Origin: an uncultured Methanosarcinales archaeon
GTDB lineage: Archaea; Nanobdellota; Nanobdellia; Woesearchaeales; JAHWIC01
Direction: 5' to 3'
Length of the DNA stretch: 64,000 nt
NCBI GenBank assembly: GCA_964447855.1
Contig: CAYUUH010000001.1
Span: 369-64,368 of the forward strand
Both the position numbers and the translations under genes were made by a program. Each line of letters opens with the position of its first letter. Position 1 is the stretch's first letter. The notes beneath the pieces are model-generated. The model worked only from the letters and a program-made list of their open reading frames with translations. It made no database searches and was not told where the DNA came from. Shown here one piece after another: positions 37,683-48,586 of this stretch.

Positions 37683-39017
37683 ATGGCAGATATCCTTTAT
37701 ACAGGTCGTGGTTTAGCGGCAAAGCTACCTGAAACAGGCAATACCATGCAAGGTCTTGTTAACTTTGTAGCTAGGGCTGAGGAAACGAAATTCAATGTGT
37801 TTCAGAAGAACAAGGATGCCTTCATGAAGATGACGGATGTAGACCCTGTAATGTTCTTAACAACAGCAAACCAAGAAGCACAAGCAAAGCTATTAGACGA
37901 CTTTAATAAAGAAGCAGCACAGATTTATAAGAACTCTGGTGGGTTTCCCTCTATGGAAGAGATGCAACAGATACAGGCTAAGAAGAACTACCTTGTGTCT
38001 GAGCAACAGAAGATGCAAGCTGACATGGAACAGGTCTTACTTGAGAAGGAAGTCATAGAGAAAGATAACGGAGTCAACTATGACCCACAAGAGTGGTATC
38101 AAAAGAAATATCAACCCTATATAGAGACAGGTAAATGGGATAAGACACCCATGGTTAAAAGAGCCAAGCCTATTGAGTCTGTTTTTAGAGGTAAAGTCAC
38201 TGGTGCGGGAGCTTATGAAGAACCTGACCCCGATAATCCCTCTAGATTACGTCAAACAAGCGCAAGCAAGAAAGATGTCGCCGTGAGAATAGCAGACACC
38301 ATCTTTGCAGATGAGTCCGTTAAAAGGCATGCTTTAGAGGAATGGAGGACATTGCCCGATTCAGAGAAAGAGCAGTATCTTAATGATGCCAATGGTGATG
38401 GCATGATTTCCGATGAAGAAAGGCAGCAAGGTGATGTACTTGTTAAAAGTCTTGACAACCCTATAATCAAATCTTACGTAGATAAGCATTGGGCAAATCT
38501 TGTTGATGTTAGGTTTACTAATAAGCAGAGACCCGCAAGTACGGGATCAGGTAAACCTACTATTTCTGATATAATAGGAGAGAAACGTGACATTGATCCT
38601 ATGTATGGGAATATAAGTAGACCTAACATCTATTCCCTTGGTGGAGACATGGCTATTACTGATATTCCTACTGCGGGTGCGAAGTTACTTGACGATACTG
38701 GTTCTTACGACTATAATCTGAGAGGAAATCCCGCAAAGGCATTTCTTAAAGACTACGATGCAGATAGAAATACTGTTATAGTTCAAGTTCCTTCAAAAGA
38801 CCCTGTTTCGGGAATAGACACAAAACAGCTAGTAGAAGTCCCCGTAAAGAATATATTAAGTAAAGTAAAGGATATTAAGGTGGTGGTTAATGGTGTTACT
38901 ACAACTATAGGTGCTTTGGTAGGAACGACAACAGCGACTAAGCCATCTTTCTTAGAATGGAAGAAGATTTCAGGTAATGAGAATAAGACCTTCAAAGACT
39001 ATACAGATGCCAGATAA
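37683..39017 (+). CDS. hypothetical virion protein
   Basis: 444 aa. Confidence 0.4.
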   Translation: MADILYTGRGLAAKLPETGNTMQGLVNFVARAEETKFNVFQKNKDAFMKMTDVDPVMFLTTANQEAQAKLLDDFNKEAAQIYKNSGGFPSMEEMQQIQAKKNYLVSEQQKMQADMEQVLLEKEVIEKDNGVNYDPQEWYQKKYQPYIETGKWDKTPMVKRAKPIESVFRGKVTGAGAYEEPDPDNPSRLRQTSASKKDVAVRIADTIFADESVKRHALEEWRTLPDSEKEQYLNDANGDGMISDEERQQGDVLVKSLDNPIIKSYVDKHWANLVDVRFTNKQRPASTGSGKPTISDIIGEKRDIDPMYGNISRPNIYSLGGDMAITDIPTAGAKLLDDTGSYDYNLRGNPAKAFLKDYDADRNTVIVQVPSKDPVSGIDTKQLVEVPVKNILSKVKDIKVVVNGVTTTIGALVGTTTATKPSFLEWKKISGNENKTFKDYTDAR

Positions 39018-42000
39018 GATATCCGAATTATACCAAGTCATTCCACAAGGAGCGTTCAAGGACGAGAATGAGTTCCGTAGTTATGTTACAGATGAAAATA
39101 AGCTAAAGGAGTTCTATTCTTTATTGCCACAGGGTTCATTTAAGGATGAGGGTGAATTTGTCGGATACTTTGGCGAAGGCTTAAAAAAAAAACAATTTTC
39201 TGTACAAGATTCTCTCTCTCCTGCGTCTGGCAAAGAGGAAATGTCATTCTTGGACGCATCAGGAAAGCCCTTAACTCCACAACAACCATTACCATCGGCT
39301 GAGAAGCCTAAAGAAAGCGGGTTTGTTCGGTTTCATAAAGATTTAGCAAGATCATTAGGTTCTGCGTCCCTAAGAGCTTTAGGCGGGATTACGGGAATAC
39401 CACAGTTTGCCAATAGAACCGTTTCTTCCTTCACCACAAGACCAATTATCAAGGCTATGGGGGGAACTGATGAGGATGCACGTCTCTATGCTGATGCGGT
39501 AATGGCAGCAACTCCATTAGGACAGGCGTCAGTAGGTGGTGAGCAAACCCAACAAAGGTTAAATAAAGAGGCTCAAAAGATTGAGGCTAAGATAAAGCCT
39601 ATTGAGGGTAATATAGTTAAAAATATCCAAGAGGGAGATTATGGGCAAGCAGGTGAACAGCTCGCAAGAGGGGTTGTTCAGTCATTACCGTATCTAGCTA
39701 TGACATTCGCCACATCAGGATATGGAACACCCGCCGTACTTGGGACTATAGGAGCTACGGCAGCTTCTCAGCAGTATAGTGAGTTAGATGATAAAGTTCC
39801 CGAAGGAAAGAAAATAGTTAATTCATGGCTCTATGGGGGATTTGAGGCAGCAGGTGAGTTATTTACGGCTAGTTTAGCTGATGGTATAAAACTCGCATTT
39901 AAAAGCGGATTAAGTGACGTAGCTAAGGATAATCTTATTAAGGGGGCTTCCAAAACCATTTCTAAGGCATTTTTAGGAGAGGGAGCATCAGAGGCAGCCA
40001 CACAGATAGGTCAGAACCTTACTGATATAGTAACAGGGACAGCACCGGAACGAAAGTTATTTGATAATGTTATTGATGCTGCTCTTATTGGGGGAGTATC
40101 GGGCGGTGGACTTGGGACACTTCAGATAGGTGCTTCACTTACGGGAAGAGCAATGGCGTCCGATAAAGAGGTTAAGCAAGTACAAGATAACGTCAATCAG
40201 CAAAAAGTCTTAATAGACCAAATAGACCAAACAGATAGTGACCCTGTAAAGAACGCACTCAAAAGAAGTATAAAAGACTTAAGGGTGCAGGCTGATGAGG
40301 TTATGGATACTAACTATGAGTTAGCCACTAAACTCTCTCCTGAAAAACAAGCACAAGTAGCAGAACTTTACTCGGTTTGGAATGAATTACAGTCAAAAAT
40401 TGACAATAAAGAAGTCATAGAGCAAGAAATTCCCGCTTTAGAAAATACCATTAAGGGAATTAAGGATCAAATTCAGGGCATCAAGGATGATTTGGTTACT
40501 CAGTTAGAAGAAGAAGCTAGGGCAAAGGAAAGCGGAGAACCCGTAAAAAAAGAAACAACCGCAGAACCTAAGGAGGTGGTGGCAGAACCAACAGTAGAAC
40601 AAACCGAAACTCCTATTGAGAAACCACAAAAAGCACCCTATATTGAAATTAATTCAGAAAATATTAGCGAAATTGAAAATAATGAATTAACTTCGCTTCG
40701 TGAACAGGGTGCAACAGAAGAAGAAATAGCATCCGTACAAGAGAATGTAAACTTAATAAAAGAATATCTAGATGAGCTACAAAGACCTGATAGAGAAGAA
40801 GGCGCAGGAGGCGAGGGAGTACTTCGCACAGAAGGACAAGAAAACATTGGAGGCATTACCGAAGCAGAAACAGGAGGAGATGTTAGCGCATATCCAACAG
40901 TTTTGGCAGGAAGAAGAGAGCTCAACAGAGCAGCCAAGTTAACCCCTGAAGAACAAGTTACACAAAGGCTTGCTCCTACAGGAGAGAAATCTAATCTCTC
41001 TGACAAAAACTTTGACTTAGTGCGCACACCGGAGTTCAAGGCTCGGTTTGGTGATTGGCAGAAAGGCGAAGGTAGTCTAGTCCTTGATAGAAATGGAGAG
41101 CCGATGGTGGTCTATCATGGTGCACCTCAGATTTACCCCGAAGGTGTAGACCCACAAAAGACAGCATCAAAGAAATCTTACTTTACAGGGAATAAAGAGG
41201 CAGCTAGAGTTTATGCTCGGTTTAGAAATAAACAACCTGTTATCTATGAAGGTTTCCTTGTAGTGAATGAGTCTGACCTAGAACAAGGTAATCAGATTGA
41301 TAAGCTACCCGGATTTGAAGATACCCACCAAGAATATCTTACGACAAGAAAAGAGCAGTTCATCCCTACAAAGATAACTAAGGTGGGAAAAGTAAAGAAG
41401 GAAAAGAAGGAAGAAACCGCCCAAAGCGAAGATTCTACAGTACCATTAGTAACTGATAAGAAAGTAGAAGACTTTAGCGGGGAACAGCCAAGCATCCTTA
41501 ATCAAGAAACTGATTTACTTGGGAGTCCAAAAGAAGAATGGATGGAGGATTTCTATGATAAGACAGCAAAGAATATCCTAGGGGAATTTAATGGGGATTA
41601 TGCAAGGGCTCGTGAAAATGCAAAGATGAGAGAGGCTTCTTATGCGCTTACCAATAATCAAGGTGTTGCTGATGTTATAAATAAAAGAATAGCTGATAAG
41701 AAAATACAAGTTGAAAAGGCACTTAAAGATGGTAAGTTTCAGAAAGCCATAGCCGATGGCCGCATGACCGCCAATGATGCCAAGACTATTATTGAAAGTG
41801 CGGGACTTGAAGTGCCAAGTGATATTATTGAGACACAGCCCCAAGAGTCTGTTCAAAAACCAACAGAGGTCACAGAAGAGGAACAAGTACCTATTATTGA
41901 ACAAACGGAGTCAAAAGAAGCAATTTCAGCCCCGATAACCGAAGACCAAGGTAAAATACCACCGCCACCACAAAAGCCCGTTAAAGAGGCTGAAAATGCG

Positions 42001-45000
42001 CCAGAAGAGAAAACTCGCACAAGAGAGATCGGCGCAAAGGTTGTAGAGAGTGCAAATGTCAAGCAAGAGGTTAAAGATGCCTTGTTAGAGAATGGCATAG
42101 ACTACGTTCCGAGGGGACAGAAATATACGCTATCAGAACTACAGGAGATAGTTGATATGTTCTCTACCAATGAAGATGGTCTTGATAAGTTAGCACAGAC
42201 GGTCTATGATGTTAAAAACGATATTAAGGGTGATACGAGGATAACTCTTAATGTCTATATAGCCGATAAGTATTCTAAGTTACTTGATGAGGCTACCGAC
42301 CCCAAGACAAGAGAAAAATATCGGAATAAACTAGCAGATGCCTTTATTTTTGGACAGGAGTTTGCTACGGAAGCAGGGCAAACAGTAGAGGCACTAAAGA
42401 GGTGGAGAGAACTTCTTAGTAGAGACCCCGAATCAATTATTGCCATAAGGAAACGTCAGCAGTCTAAATATAATGAGTTTGCCTTAGCGGGTATGGAAGC
42501 AGATATTAAATCCGCTAAAGAGATACTTGACTCTATTGTTAATACCGATGAGTTTAAGCAGATAATAGAATCAGAGGTAAACAAAGAGATAGATAAGATA
42601 GCTAATAAGAAGTATGGTGAGGTAGATAAGAAGAAGATTAATGATTTCTTTGACGGGCTTCTTGTTAAGAACGATAAGGCTTTTGATGCTACGGTAGGTA
42701 TTCCTATTGCTGTTTATAACGGAGCTGTACTTGTTATTAAGAAAGCAGTATTGGCTGGCGTAGATGTAACTAACGCTATAAAGCAAGCAGTAGATTACAT
42801 AGACGAGTGGTATAAGAAGAACTATGCCGAGGGTAAGATACCTTCTCCTGAGTGGAATAAGGACGACTACATGGCTCAAATGGACAAACAACTTAAGCCA
42901 CTGAGCAAGAAAGTCAAGAAAGTTAAGCATAAAGTTACTAAAGCGGTAGAGGATAGTTTAGTTGATAAGATTTACGCTAAGATGTCTACTGCGACTAAAC
43001 CACAACTTAGACGCCTCGTAAGGGAATATATAGCCACACTAGATACTGAAGGAGCAATAAGTGAGCAGAGATTTAAAGATTTATTTGCTAAAGCTATAGG
43101 TCTTGACGTATTAACGGCAGAGGATGAACAGAAGATAAGAGAAACAGCCTTGTCGCTAAAGAACTCTACCAAGGTTGCGGAAAAACTCGTTGCGAAATTT
43201 AAAGAACTCGTTGCAGAGACAGACAATGCTAAGATTAAGCAATTAGAAGAAGAAGTTAAGGTACTTAAGAAAGAGGCTAACAAAGCTAAGTTTGAGGCAC
43301 TAAAGGCTGCAAGGAAACTTGACGGACTGATGACGGATAAGGCTACGTTAGGCAGTACGCTTCATACCTTAATACAGGGTAACTTACTTACAGTGCAGTC
43401 CATGGTGAGTAACGTAGTTGGTAACGCTGTATTCTTGCCGGTAAGAAATCCTTCTTATATGGTTGCTAGTGGACTTGATTTTATAGTTTCTAAGTTATCT
43501 TCAGCATACACTCCACTACTCCAAGACCCATGGGTTAAAGCTAATCCGAGAGTACGAAGGTTAATTGAAAGTCTACCAACACCAAGTAGAGAGTATGACT
43601 ATTTTGCTTCAGTGAGAGGATATTGGTATGGTATGCCTAAGGGATTAGAGGAAGGTATAAGGCAGATATGGGCGGGTACGTTACCTGAAGATCAGTATCA
43701 GCAGTATATTGGACAGGGACTTAATCCATGGAAGGCAGCGTTAAGGCTAAGAGACCAATTAACGGGCAAAGAACAGATAGCTTTTGATACTGCTATGGCT
43801 AACTTCCTTGAAGCATTTCCTACTACCTATATGGCGGAGGGTTTCTTTAGGACACTTAACCTTGGTGATAAGCCATTCAGAAGGGCAGCAGAGAGGTCTA
43901 GGCTTGAAGAACTTGCATCCCTAAAAGGTTTAAAAGGCAATCAAAGAGCATCTTTTATAAATAATCCCGACCCCGATTCAGTAGAGGAGGCACGTAAAGC
44001 AGGGGATGTAGCGGTATATCAGCAAGACACTGTTATTTCTGAGATGTTTTCTTGGCTTAATAAGAGGATAAACAGAGTTGCTGCACAGAAGGCTACAAAG
44101 AGAACGTCAGTCATTGTTTCTACCGTTGGGGCATTACTTAAGGCAACACAAGCACCCTACGTTAAAACGCCTGTAAACCTTATTGGAGAGGCAGTGGATT
44201 ACTCTATACCATCTCTATCTCTTTTCAGGGCTTTATATTACGCCAAGGAAGGCAATAAGAGAAAGTCTTACGAATATTTTGGCAAGGCAGCAGTAGGTTA
44301 CATGCTTATGAACATAGCTTTTTTCCTTATAAAAGAAGGATTACTCAGCCCTCCAACAGATGACGATGAGAAGATAAGACAAGCACAGTATGACGCCAAA
44401 CCTGGATATAGCCTAAACCTTGACGCACTTTGGAGAAGGATTGATCCGTTTGATAACGCCAAAGGTAACTCTGAGTGGAAGGATAAAGATCAGGTTATGA
44501 ATATTCAGAGGTTGGGTGTGTTTTCTATGATACTTATGGGTATGTCTAAAGCCTATGCCGAACTACCTCCTGATGAGATGCAAAAAGAAATAACCTTTCA
44601 ACAAAAGGGGGAGTATGGACTTAGGATGATACCAACAGTAGTGGGTGCTTCATTAGAACAGTCTTTCTTATCAGGAACAGCATCGGGTATCAAGGCTTTC
44701 ACAGAAGGTGGCCCTGCATTTGACAGATGGGCTATAAGCACCTCTAAAGCACTCTCGGCAGTAATCTATCCCAATACACTTGCACAGATAAGTCAGGTAT
44801 TCTTTGACGATAACTACATACGTGAGGTTAAGGATATGTATAGCCGTGATGAGAAGTTTAAGAAACAGATCATCAATACCTTTAAGGATAGAACATTCAT
44901 GGGTAAGGACTTACCCGCTAAGATTACTCTTTGGGGCGAGAAGGTTAATAGAGTACCCGAAGGAGAGTCGTGGGCACACGTAATGTTTGATGTAACAAGG

Positions 45001-45642
45001 TCGGTAGAGTACCAAAAGAGTTCCTTTGGCGTGAGAATGTTCGAGTGGTGGGAGAGATATCGTTTCATTGACGAAACAGAAGCTAAGAAGATATTACCAT
45101 CTATTCCGAGTGCTACTAATACAGTGGGATGGGACGATAGAAATATGACATCTAAAGAGGTTGAAGAGTTTCAGATAGCGGTAGGTCAGAGAAGAAAATC
45201 ATACGTGGAGAACATAATGAACTCAGCCGAGTGGCAAGATATGTCTGATGAGGATAAGATAGTTGAACTTGAAAGAATTTATCGCACTCAGGCGTCTAAG
45301 GTAAAAGCCGGTATGTTCATGCTAGACGTTATTAAGGCAGACAATAAAGTGTTTAAGTTCCTTGACGAGAATGACCTTATACCAATACCAACAAAGACTG
45401 TTACTATAAAACACCAAAGAGATAAGACAAAGCTCGACCCTGAGCAGACAGCAGAATACTATTCTAATGTTCAGAGACATTTTGTAGAGAGAATAAATAA
45501 CTCAGGATTAGCCGAGAGAGAACTAACCGATGACGAAAAGAGCAAGGAAAGGTTGATTAAGCAGGTTAATGGTCATTGGGACAGAGCAAAAGAAATAGCA
45601 AGCAGGGATTGGATTACTTCTAAAATCAGGACAACTAAATAA
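38977..45642 (+). CDS. giant virion-associated protein (candidate ejected cargo or tape-measure-like protein)
   Basis: 2221-aa uninterrupted ORF. N-terminal tandem LxxxxPQGxFKDExEF repeats, an acidic coiled-coil centre and a large α/β C-terminal region. No polymerase motifs recognised. Confidence 0.55.
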   Translation: MRIRPSKTIQMPDKISELYQVIPQGAFKDENEFRSYVTDENKLKEFYSLLPQGSFKDEGEFVGYFGEGLKKKQFSVQDSLSPASGKEEMSFLDASGKPLTPQQPLPSAEKPKESGFVRFHKDLARSLGSASLRALGGITGIPQFANRTVSSFTTRPIIKAMGGTDEDARLYADAVMAATPLGQASVGGEQTQQRLNKEAQKIEAKIKPIEGNIVKNIQEGDYGQAGEQLARGVVQSLPYLAMTFATSGYGTPAVLGTIGATAASQQYSELDDKVPEGKKIVNSWLYGGFEAAGELFTASLADGIKLAFKSGLSDVAKDNLIKGASKTISKAFLGEGASEAATQIGQNLTDIVTGTAPERKLFDNVIDAALIGGVSGGGLGTLQIGASLTGRAMASDKEVKQVQDNVNQQKVLIDQIDQTDSDPVKNALKRSIKDLRVQADEVMDTNYELATKLSPEKQAQVAELYSVWNELQSKIDNKEVIEQEIPALENTIKGIKDQIQGIKDDLVTQLEEEARAKESGEPVKKETTAEPKEVVAEPTVEQTETPIEKPQKAPYIEINSENISEIENNELTSLREQGATEEEIASVQENVNLIKEYLDELQRPDREEGAGGEGVLRTEGQENIGGITEAETGGDVSAYPTVLAGRRELNRAAKLTPEEQVTQRLAPTGEKSNLSDKNFDLVRTPEFKARFGDWQKGEGSLVLDRNGEPMVVYHGAPQIYPEGVDPQKTASKKSYFTGNKEAARVYARFRNKQPVIYEGFLVVNESDLEQGNQIDKLPGFEDTHQEYLTTRKEQFIPTKITKVGKVKKEKKEETAQSEDSTVPLVTDKKVEDFSGEQPSILNQETDLLGSPKEEWMEDFYDKTAKNILGEFNGDYARARENAKMREASYALTNNQGVADVINKRIADKKIQVEKALKDGKFQKAIADGRMTANDAKTIIESAGLEVPSDIIETQPQESVQKPTEVTEEEQVPIIEQTESKEAISAPITEDQGKIPPPPQKPVKEAENAPEEKTRTREIGAKVVESANVKQEVKDALLENGIDYVPRGQKYTLSELQEIVDMFSTNEDGLDKLAQTVYDVKNDIKGDTRITLNVYIADKYSKLLDEATDPKTREKYRNKLADAFIFGQEFATEAGQTVEALKRWRELLSRDPESIIAIRKRQQSKYNEFALAGMEADIKSAKEILDSIVNTDEFKQIIESEVNKEIDKIANKKYGEVDKKKINDFFDGLLVKNDKAFDATVGIPIAVYNGAVLVIKKAVLAGVDVTNAIKQAVDYIDEWYKKNYAEGKIPSPEWNKDDYMAQMDKQLKPLSKKVKKVKHKVTKAVEDSLVDKIYAKMSTATKPQLRRLVREYIATLDTEGAISEQRFKDLFAKAIGLDVLTAEDEQKIRETALSLKNSTKVAEKLVAKFKELVAETDNAKIKQLEEEVKVLKKEANKAKFEALKAARKLDGLMTDKATLGSTLHTLIQGNLLTVQSMVSNVVGNAVFLPVRNPSYMVASGLDFIVSKLSSAYTPLLQDPWVKANPRVRRLIESLPTPSREYDYFASVRGYWYGMPKGLEEGIRQIWAGTLPEDQYQQYIGQGLNPWKAALRLRDQLTGKEQIAFDTAMANFLEAFPTTYMAEGFFRTLNLGDKPFRRAAERSRLEELASLKGLKGNQRASFINNPDPDSVEEARKAGDVAVYQQDTVISEMFSWLNKRINRVAAQKATKRTSVIVSTVGALLKATQAPYVKTPVNLIGEAVDYSIPSLSLFRALYYAKEGNKRKSYEYFGKAAVGYMLMNIAFFLIKEGLLSPPTDDDEKIRQAQYDAKPGYSLNLDALWRRIDPFDNAKGNSEWKDKDQVMNIQRLGVFSMILMGMSKAYAELPPDEMQKEITFQQKGEYGLRMIPTVVGASLEQSFLSGTASGIKAFTEGGPAFDRWAISTSKALSAVIYPNTLAQISQVFFDDNYIREVKDMYSRDEKFKKQIINTFKDRTFMGKDLPAKITLWGEKVNRVPEGESWAHVMFDVTRSVEYQKSSFGVRMFEWWERYRFIDETEAKKILPSIPSATNTVGWDDRNMTSKEVEEFQIAVGQRRKSYVENIMNSAEWQDMSDEDKIVELERIYRTQASKVKAGMFMLDVIKADNKVFKFLDENDLIPIPTKTVTIKHQRDKTKLDPEQTAEYYSNVQRHFVERINNSGLAERELTDDEKSKERLIKQVNGHWDRAKEIASRDWITSKIRTTK

Positions 45643-45646
45643 GAGT

Positions 45647-45654
45647 TATCTTTG
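45647..45654 (+). promoter_or_regulatory. -7 box TATCTTTG
   Basis: gagttatctttgtaaac. ATG at 45683. Confidence 0.45.
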
Positions 45655-45682
45655 TAAACATAAACGCAAATAGCAATAAGCA

Positions 45683-46252
45683 ATGGCACAATTAACATTT
45701 ACAATCGCAGACGGTCAGATAACCGTAGGCAGCGCAGGTAGAACATACGACTACGCATCAACAGATTACAGGGCAAAGGCATGGAGGAATGGATCACGCA
45801 ATGGCGTAAAGATTTATCCTACCTTTAACGGGGATGAGAACTCCCCAAGGTGGAGTACAGACAACTACACAGAGTGGGCATTAAACATTGACGGGGTGGC
45901 TTATTCTGCCGCAAGTGTTGATGATTTTGTAGAAGCCTTCAATGCTGCAACAGGCACTAATGTAGGCTACAACACTCAGTACTGTCAGCACATACTCTCA
46001 GACCATCTTCCTCTTGATACAAGTGTAGCAACAGCGATAACAGATATAGCTAAGGCGGGGTATGTAACCATAACCGCTAATGCAGATAACACAGGGGTAG
46101 TTTACGTTGGTGACTTGAACGTGGACAACGACAGTTATAACCTCGCAGCAGCGTCAAGTGTATTCATGGAACTTGATGACCTGTCAAAGATTTACTGTTA
46201 TGCTTCTGAGGCATCTCAGTCGGTAGATATTTTAGGTGGATGGAAGTACTAA
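45683..46252 (+). CDS. hypothetical protein
   Basis: 189 aa. Confidence 0.4.
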   Translation: MAQLTFTIADGQITVGSAGRTYDYASTDYRAKAWRNGSRNGVKIYPTFNGDENSPRWSTDNYTEWALNIDGVAYSAASVDDFVEAFNAATGTNVGYNTQYCQHILSDHLPLDTSVATAITDIAKAGYVTITANADNTGVVYVGDLNVDNDSYNLAAASSVFMELDDLSKIYCYASEASQSVDILGGWKY

Positions 46253-46272
46253 ACTCTTAACCATTAACACGC

Positions 46273-46854
46273 ATGGCAGAGTTTACACAAGACTATAAAG
46301 ACCTTATTAACGAAAGGTTTGACGGGTTAGCGAAACTAATGAACGCTAGACTTGAAAATATTGAGGATAAGATTGAGCGTACATTAGAACAAGCAACAAA
46401 GACCAATAGCAGGGTTAATCACTTAGAAGATGACGTTATAGAGTTAGAGAAGAAGGTTGATGAAGCTATCATAGAAGCACATCATGTCATAGATACGAGA
46501 TCAACTAACTGTCCAAACCTACCAAGGATAGAATCAATGGAAAAAGAGGTTAGAACTATTGGAGATTGGAAGACAGCAGAGATAGCCATAGAGGAAAAGG
46601 AAAAACACAGGATAGATACGTTCTTTAAGAAGTATGGAGCATTAGTAGCAACGGTTCTTATGCTGGCAACTCTTTTCTTTGGTGGGCGCAACATGAGAAA
46701 GATAAACACCGATATGTCCACTATAAAATCAGAGATGATGCTTCAAAACGAGATGATGTTAGATGGTGGGGGTGCCGACTATATAAAGAATAGAACTCGT
46801 GGCGCAAAACTTGATACATTAAACATAGATTCTGTAAAAGATGGGAACAATTAA
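46273..46854 (+). CDS. coiled-coil protein with one transmembrane segment (candidate lysis-associated or membrane protein)
   Basis: 193 aa. Hydrophobic segment GALVATVLMLATLFFGG. Confidence 0.35.
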   Translation: MAEFTQDYKDLINERFDGLAKLMNARLENIEDKIERTLEQATKTNSRVNHLEDDVIELEKKVDEAIIEAHHVIDTRSTNCPNLPRIESMEKEVRTIGDWKTAEIAIEEKEKHRIDTFFKKYGALVATVLMLATLFFGGRNMRKINTDMSTIKSEMMLQNEMMLDGGGADYIKNRTRGAKLDTLNIDSVKDGNN

Positions 46855-47019
46855 AGACCTTTGGGAAAAGTTTAAGAGACTCACTAAGAGCCTTATTTTC
46901 ATTTGGAGTTTTCCCGCCATAGCACTAACACTATTACTTATCTTCCCTAGTAGGTTCTTAGTGTTCTTGTTTCTTGGGATATGGACATTAGCACTAATCT
47001 TTAACACGGATGAGGACTG
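46843..47019 (+). CDS. 58-aa two-transmembrane protein (holin or antiholin candidate), not in the ORF track
   Basis: Own translation MGTIKDLWEKFKRLTKSLIFIWSFPAIALTLLLIFPSRFLVFLFLGIWTLALIFNTDED. Overlaps the neighbouring stop and start. Confidence 0.3.
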
Positions 47020-47195
47020 ATGATTTTCCATATCCTGAATGTGAGAACTGCTGGACTTTAGCGGACTGCAAGCACGCAGAGAAGGGTATCGGTCTTGAAT
47101 CAGAGTTACCGCCCGACAACTGTCCTAAGCCTATGGTTATCATGAGAAGGACTATGCACAAGAGAAAGTTAGATAGAAATAAAAGATATTCATAA
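47010..47195 (+). CDS. hypothetical small Cys-containing protein
   Basis: 61 aa. Confidence 0.3.
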   Translation: MRTDDFPYPECENCWTLADCKHAEKGIGLESELPPDNCPKPMVIMRRTMHKRKLDRNKRYS

Positions 47196-47635
47196 TGTTA
47201 TACCGACCGCAGTTTTTCCACTTGACGGAACTCGTCTGTAAAGAAGTGTACGAGAAGTATGGTGATATGGCTTACCTGTTCTTAGATGAGAAAATTGTCA
47301 TCACAATAGATCAGATAAGGCGTATGCTGAATAAGCCTATTACTATTAATAACTGGTACGAAGGTGGTCAGTTTAGCCAAAGAGGATTAAGGTGTAATAC
47401 CTGTTCCCTCGTAAAGGAAAAGACATTAAAGAATCAGTTATACCTTTCTGCCCATGTGTTAGGACTAGCGGTAGACTTTAATGTTCAGGGAATGACTGAT
47501 GGTGAGGTGGCGATATGGATAGCTTACAATAAGGACAAGCTACCTTATAACATGAGAATAGAAAGAGACACGGTGGGATGGACTCATCTTGACTGCTTCA
47601 ATAACGGCAATAAATTAACTTTTTTCAATCCCTAA
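47195..47635 (+). CDS. endolysin, peptidase M15 family (zinc D-Ala-D-Ala carboxypeptidase / L-Ala-D-Glu peptidase fold)
   Basis: SAHVLGLAVDF (SxHxxGxAxD) and GWTHLD zinc-ligand motifs. Flanked by small transmembrane ORFs. Confidence 0.65.
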   Translation: MLYRPQFFHLTELVCKEVYEKYGDMAYLFLDEKIVITIDQIRRMLNKPITINNWYEGGQFSQRGLRCNTCSLVKEKTLKNQLYLSAHVLGLAVDFNVQGMTDGEVAIWIAYNKDKLPYNMRIERDTVGWTHLDCFNNGNKLTFFNP

Positions 47636-47637
47636 TT

Positions 47638-47865
47638 ATGTTATCATTAGAAAACTTAAAGAAACCATCAGACAGAAAGTGGAAGGCAGTAGCAGACTTC
47701 TTTCTTTACTCGCTTCCCCTCTATCTTGGTGTGATATTAGCCCTACCTTTAGCAGACAATACCAAGGTATGGATAAACTTTGGTATAAGCATGGCTATTG
47801 TAACACTGAAAAGTTTGTCAAAGTTCACAACTGAAGAAGCAAAACAAGATGGCAATAACGGTTAA
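47638..47865 (+). CDS. holin-like two-transmembrane protein
   Basis: 75 aa with two hydrophobic helices, directly after the endolysin. Confidence 0.4.
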   Translation: MLSLENLKKPSDRKWKAVADFFLYSLPLYLGVILALPLADNTKVWINFGISMAIVTLKSLSKFTTEEAKQDGNNG

Positions 47866-48568
47866 AACACGTACAATAGTCATAGGAATCATTTTAAGCC
47901 TATTTCTGACATTCTTTGGTGGATGGTACTATGGATACATCCGAGAGAAGAAAGCCTCTCAAATCGCACAGGAAAGCCTTAAAACAGAGATTCAGAAGCT
48001 ATCAGTCCAAATCAACGATACAGAGTATCAACTGACCAAGACCGAACAAGAACTTATCACCGAAAGACAGTTACGCAAGCAAGATATCATTGACAAGGAA
48101 ACTCTCAGAGCGATAAATGTTAAGCACGTCACAGAAATATCTAAGTTGAAGTTCAGAATAGATACTTTGCTTGAAGATGTCAACCACAATGGCAATATAA
48201 TCATAGTAAGAGATACTGTTGTAACTCAGTTGTCGCAAAAAGCGATCCTACTGCCATTCAGCTTTGCAAAGAAAGATAAATGGCTTGACCTTAAGGGGAT
48301 GTTTGATGACAACGGTAAGCTAGGCGTGGACTTAAAAATGGACATGGAAGTTGATGTCATTACCGGAACAGCTAAGTCAGGCGAGAGAACTGTGAATATA
48401 TTGACAGACAATACCTATATCGGCGTTATTGGCGTGAGATCGTATAAGACAGATGTAGAGAAGCCCAAACGATGGGGTATTGGGCCTAGTCTGGGATATG
48501 CCGTTTGTCGGAACGGATTGTCGCCATTTGTCGGAGTCAGTGTTTCATATTCGCTGATACAATTCTAA
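47849..48568 (+). CDS. spanin-like protein (N-terminal transmembrane segment, coiled coil, β-rich C-terminus)
   Basis: 239 aa. Last gene of the rightward block. Confidence 0.3.
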   Translation: MAITVKTRTIVIGIILSLFLTFFGGWYYGYIREKKASQIAQESLKTEIQKLSVQINDTEYQLTKTEQELITERQLRKQDIIDKETLRAINVKHVTEISKLKFRIDTLLEDVNHNGNIIIVRDTVVTQLSQKAILLPFSFAKKDKWLDLKGMFDDNGKLGVDLKMDMEVDVITGTAKSGERTVNILTDNTYIGVIGVRSYKTDVEKPKRWGIGPSLGYAVCRNGLSPFVGVSVSYSLIQF

Positions 48569-48586
48569 AATAGATTAAAAGCGATA

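Noticed and set aside
38977-45642. The 2221-aa protein as the virion-packaged RNA polymerase typical of crAss-like phages
   Set aside because: No DxDGD-type double-psi β-barrel catalytic motifs were spotted by eye. This cannot be excluded without profile searches.
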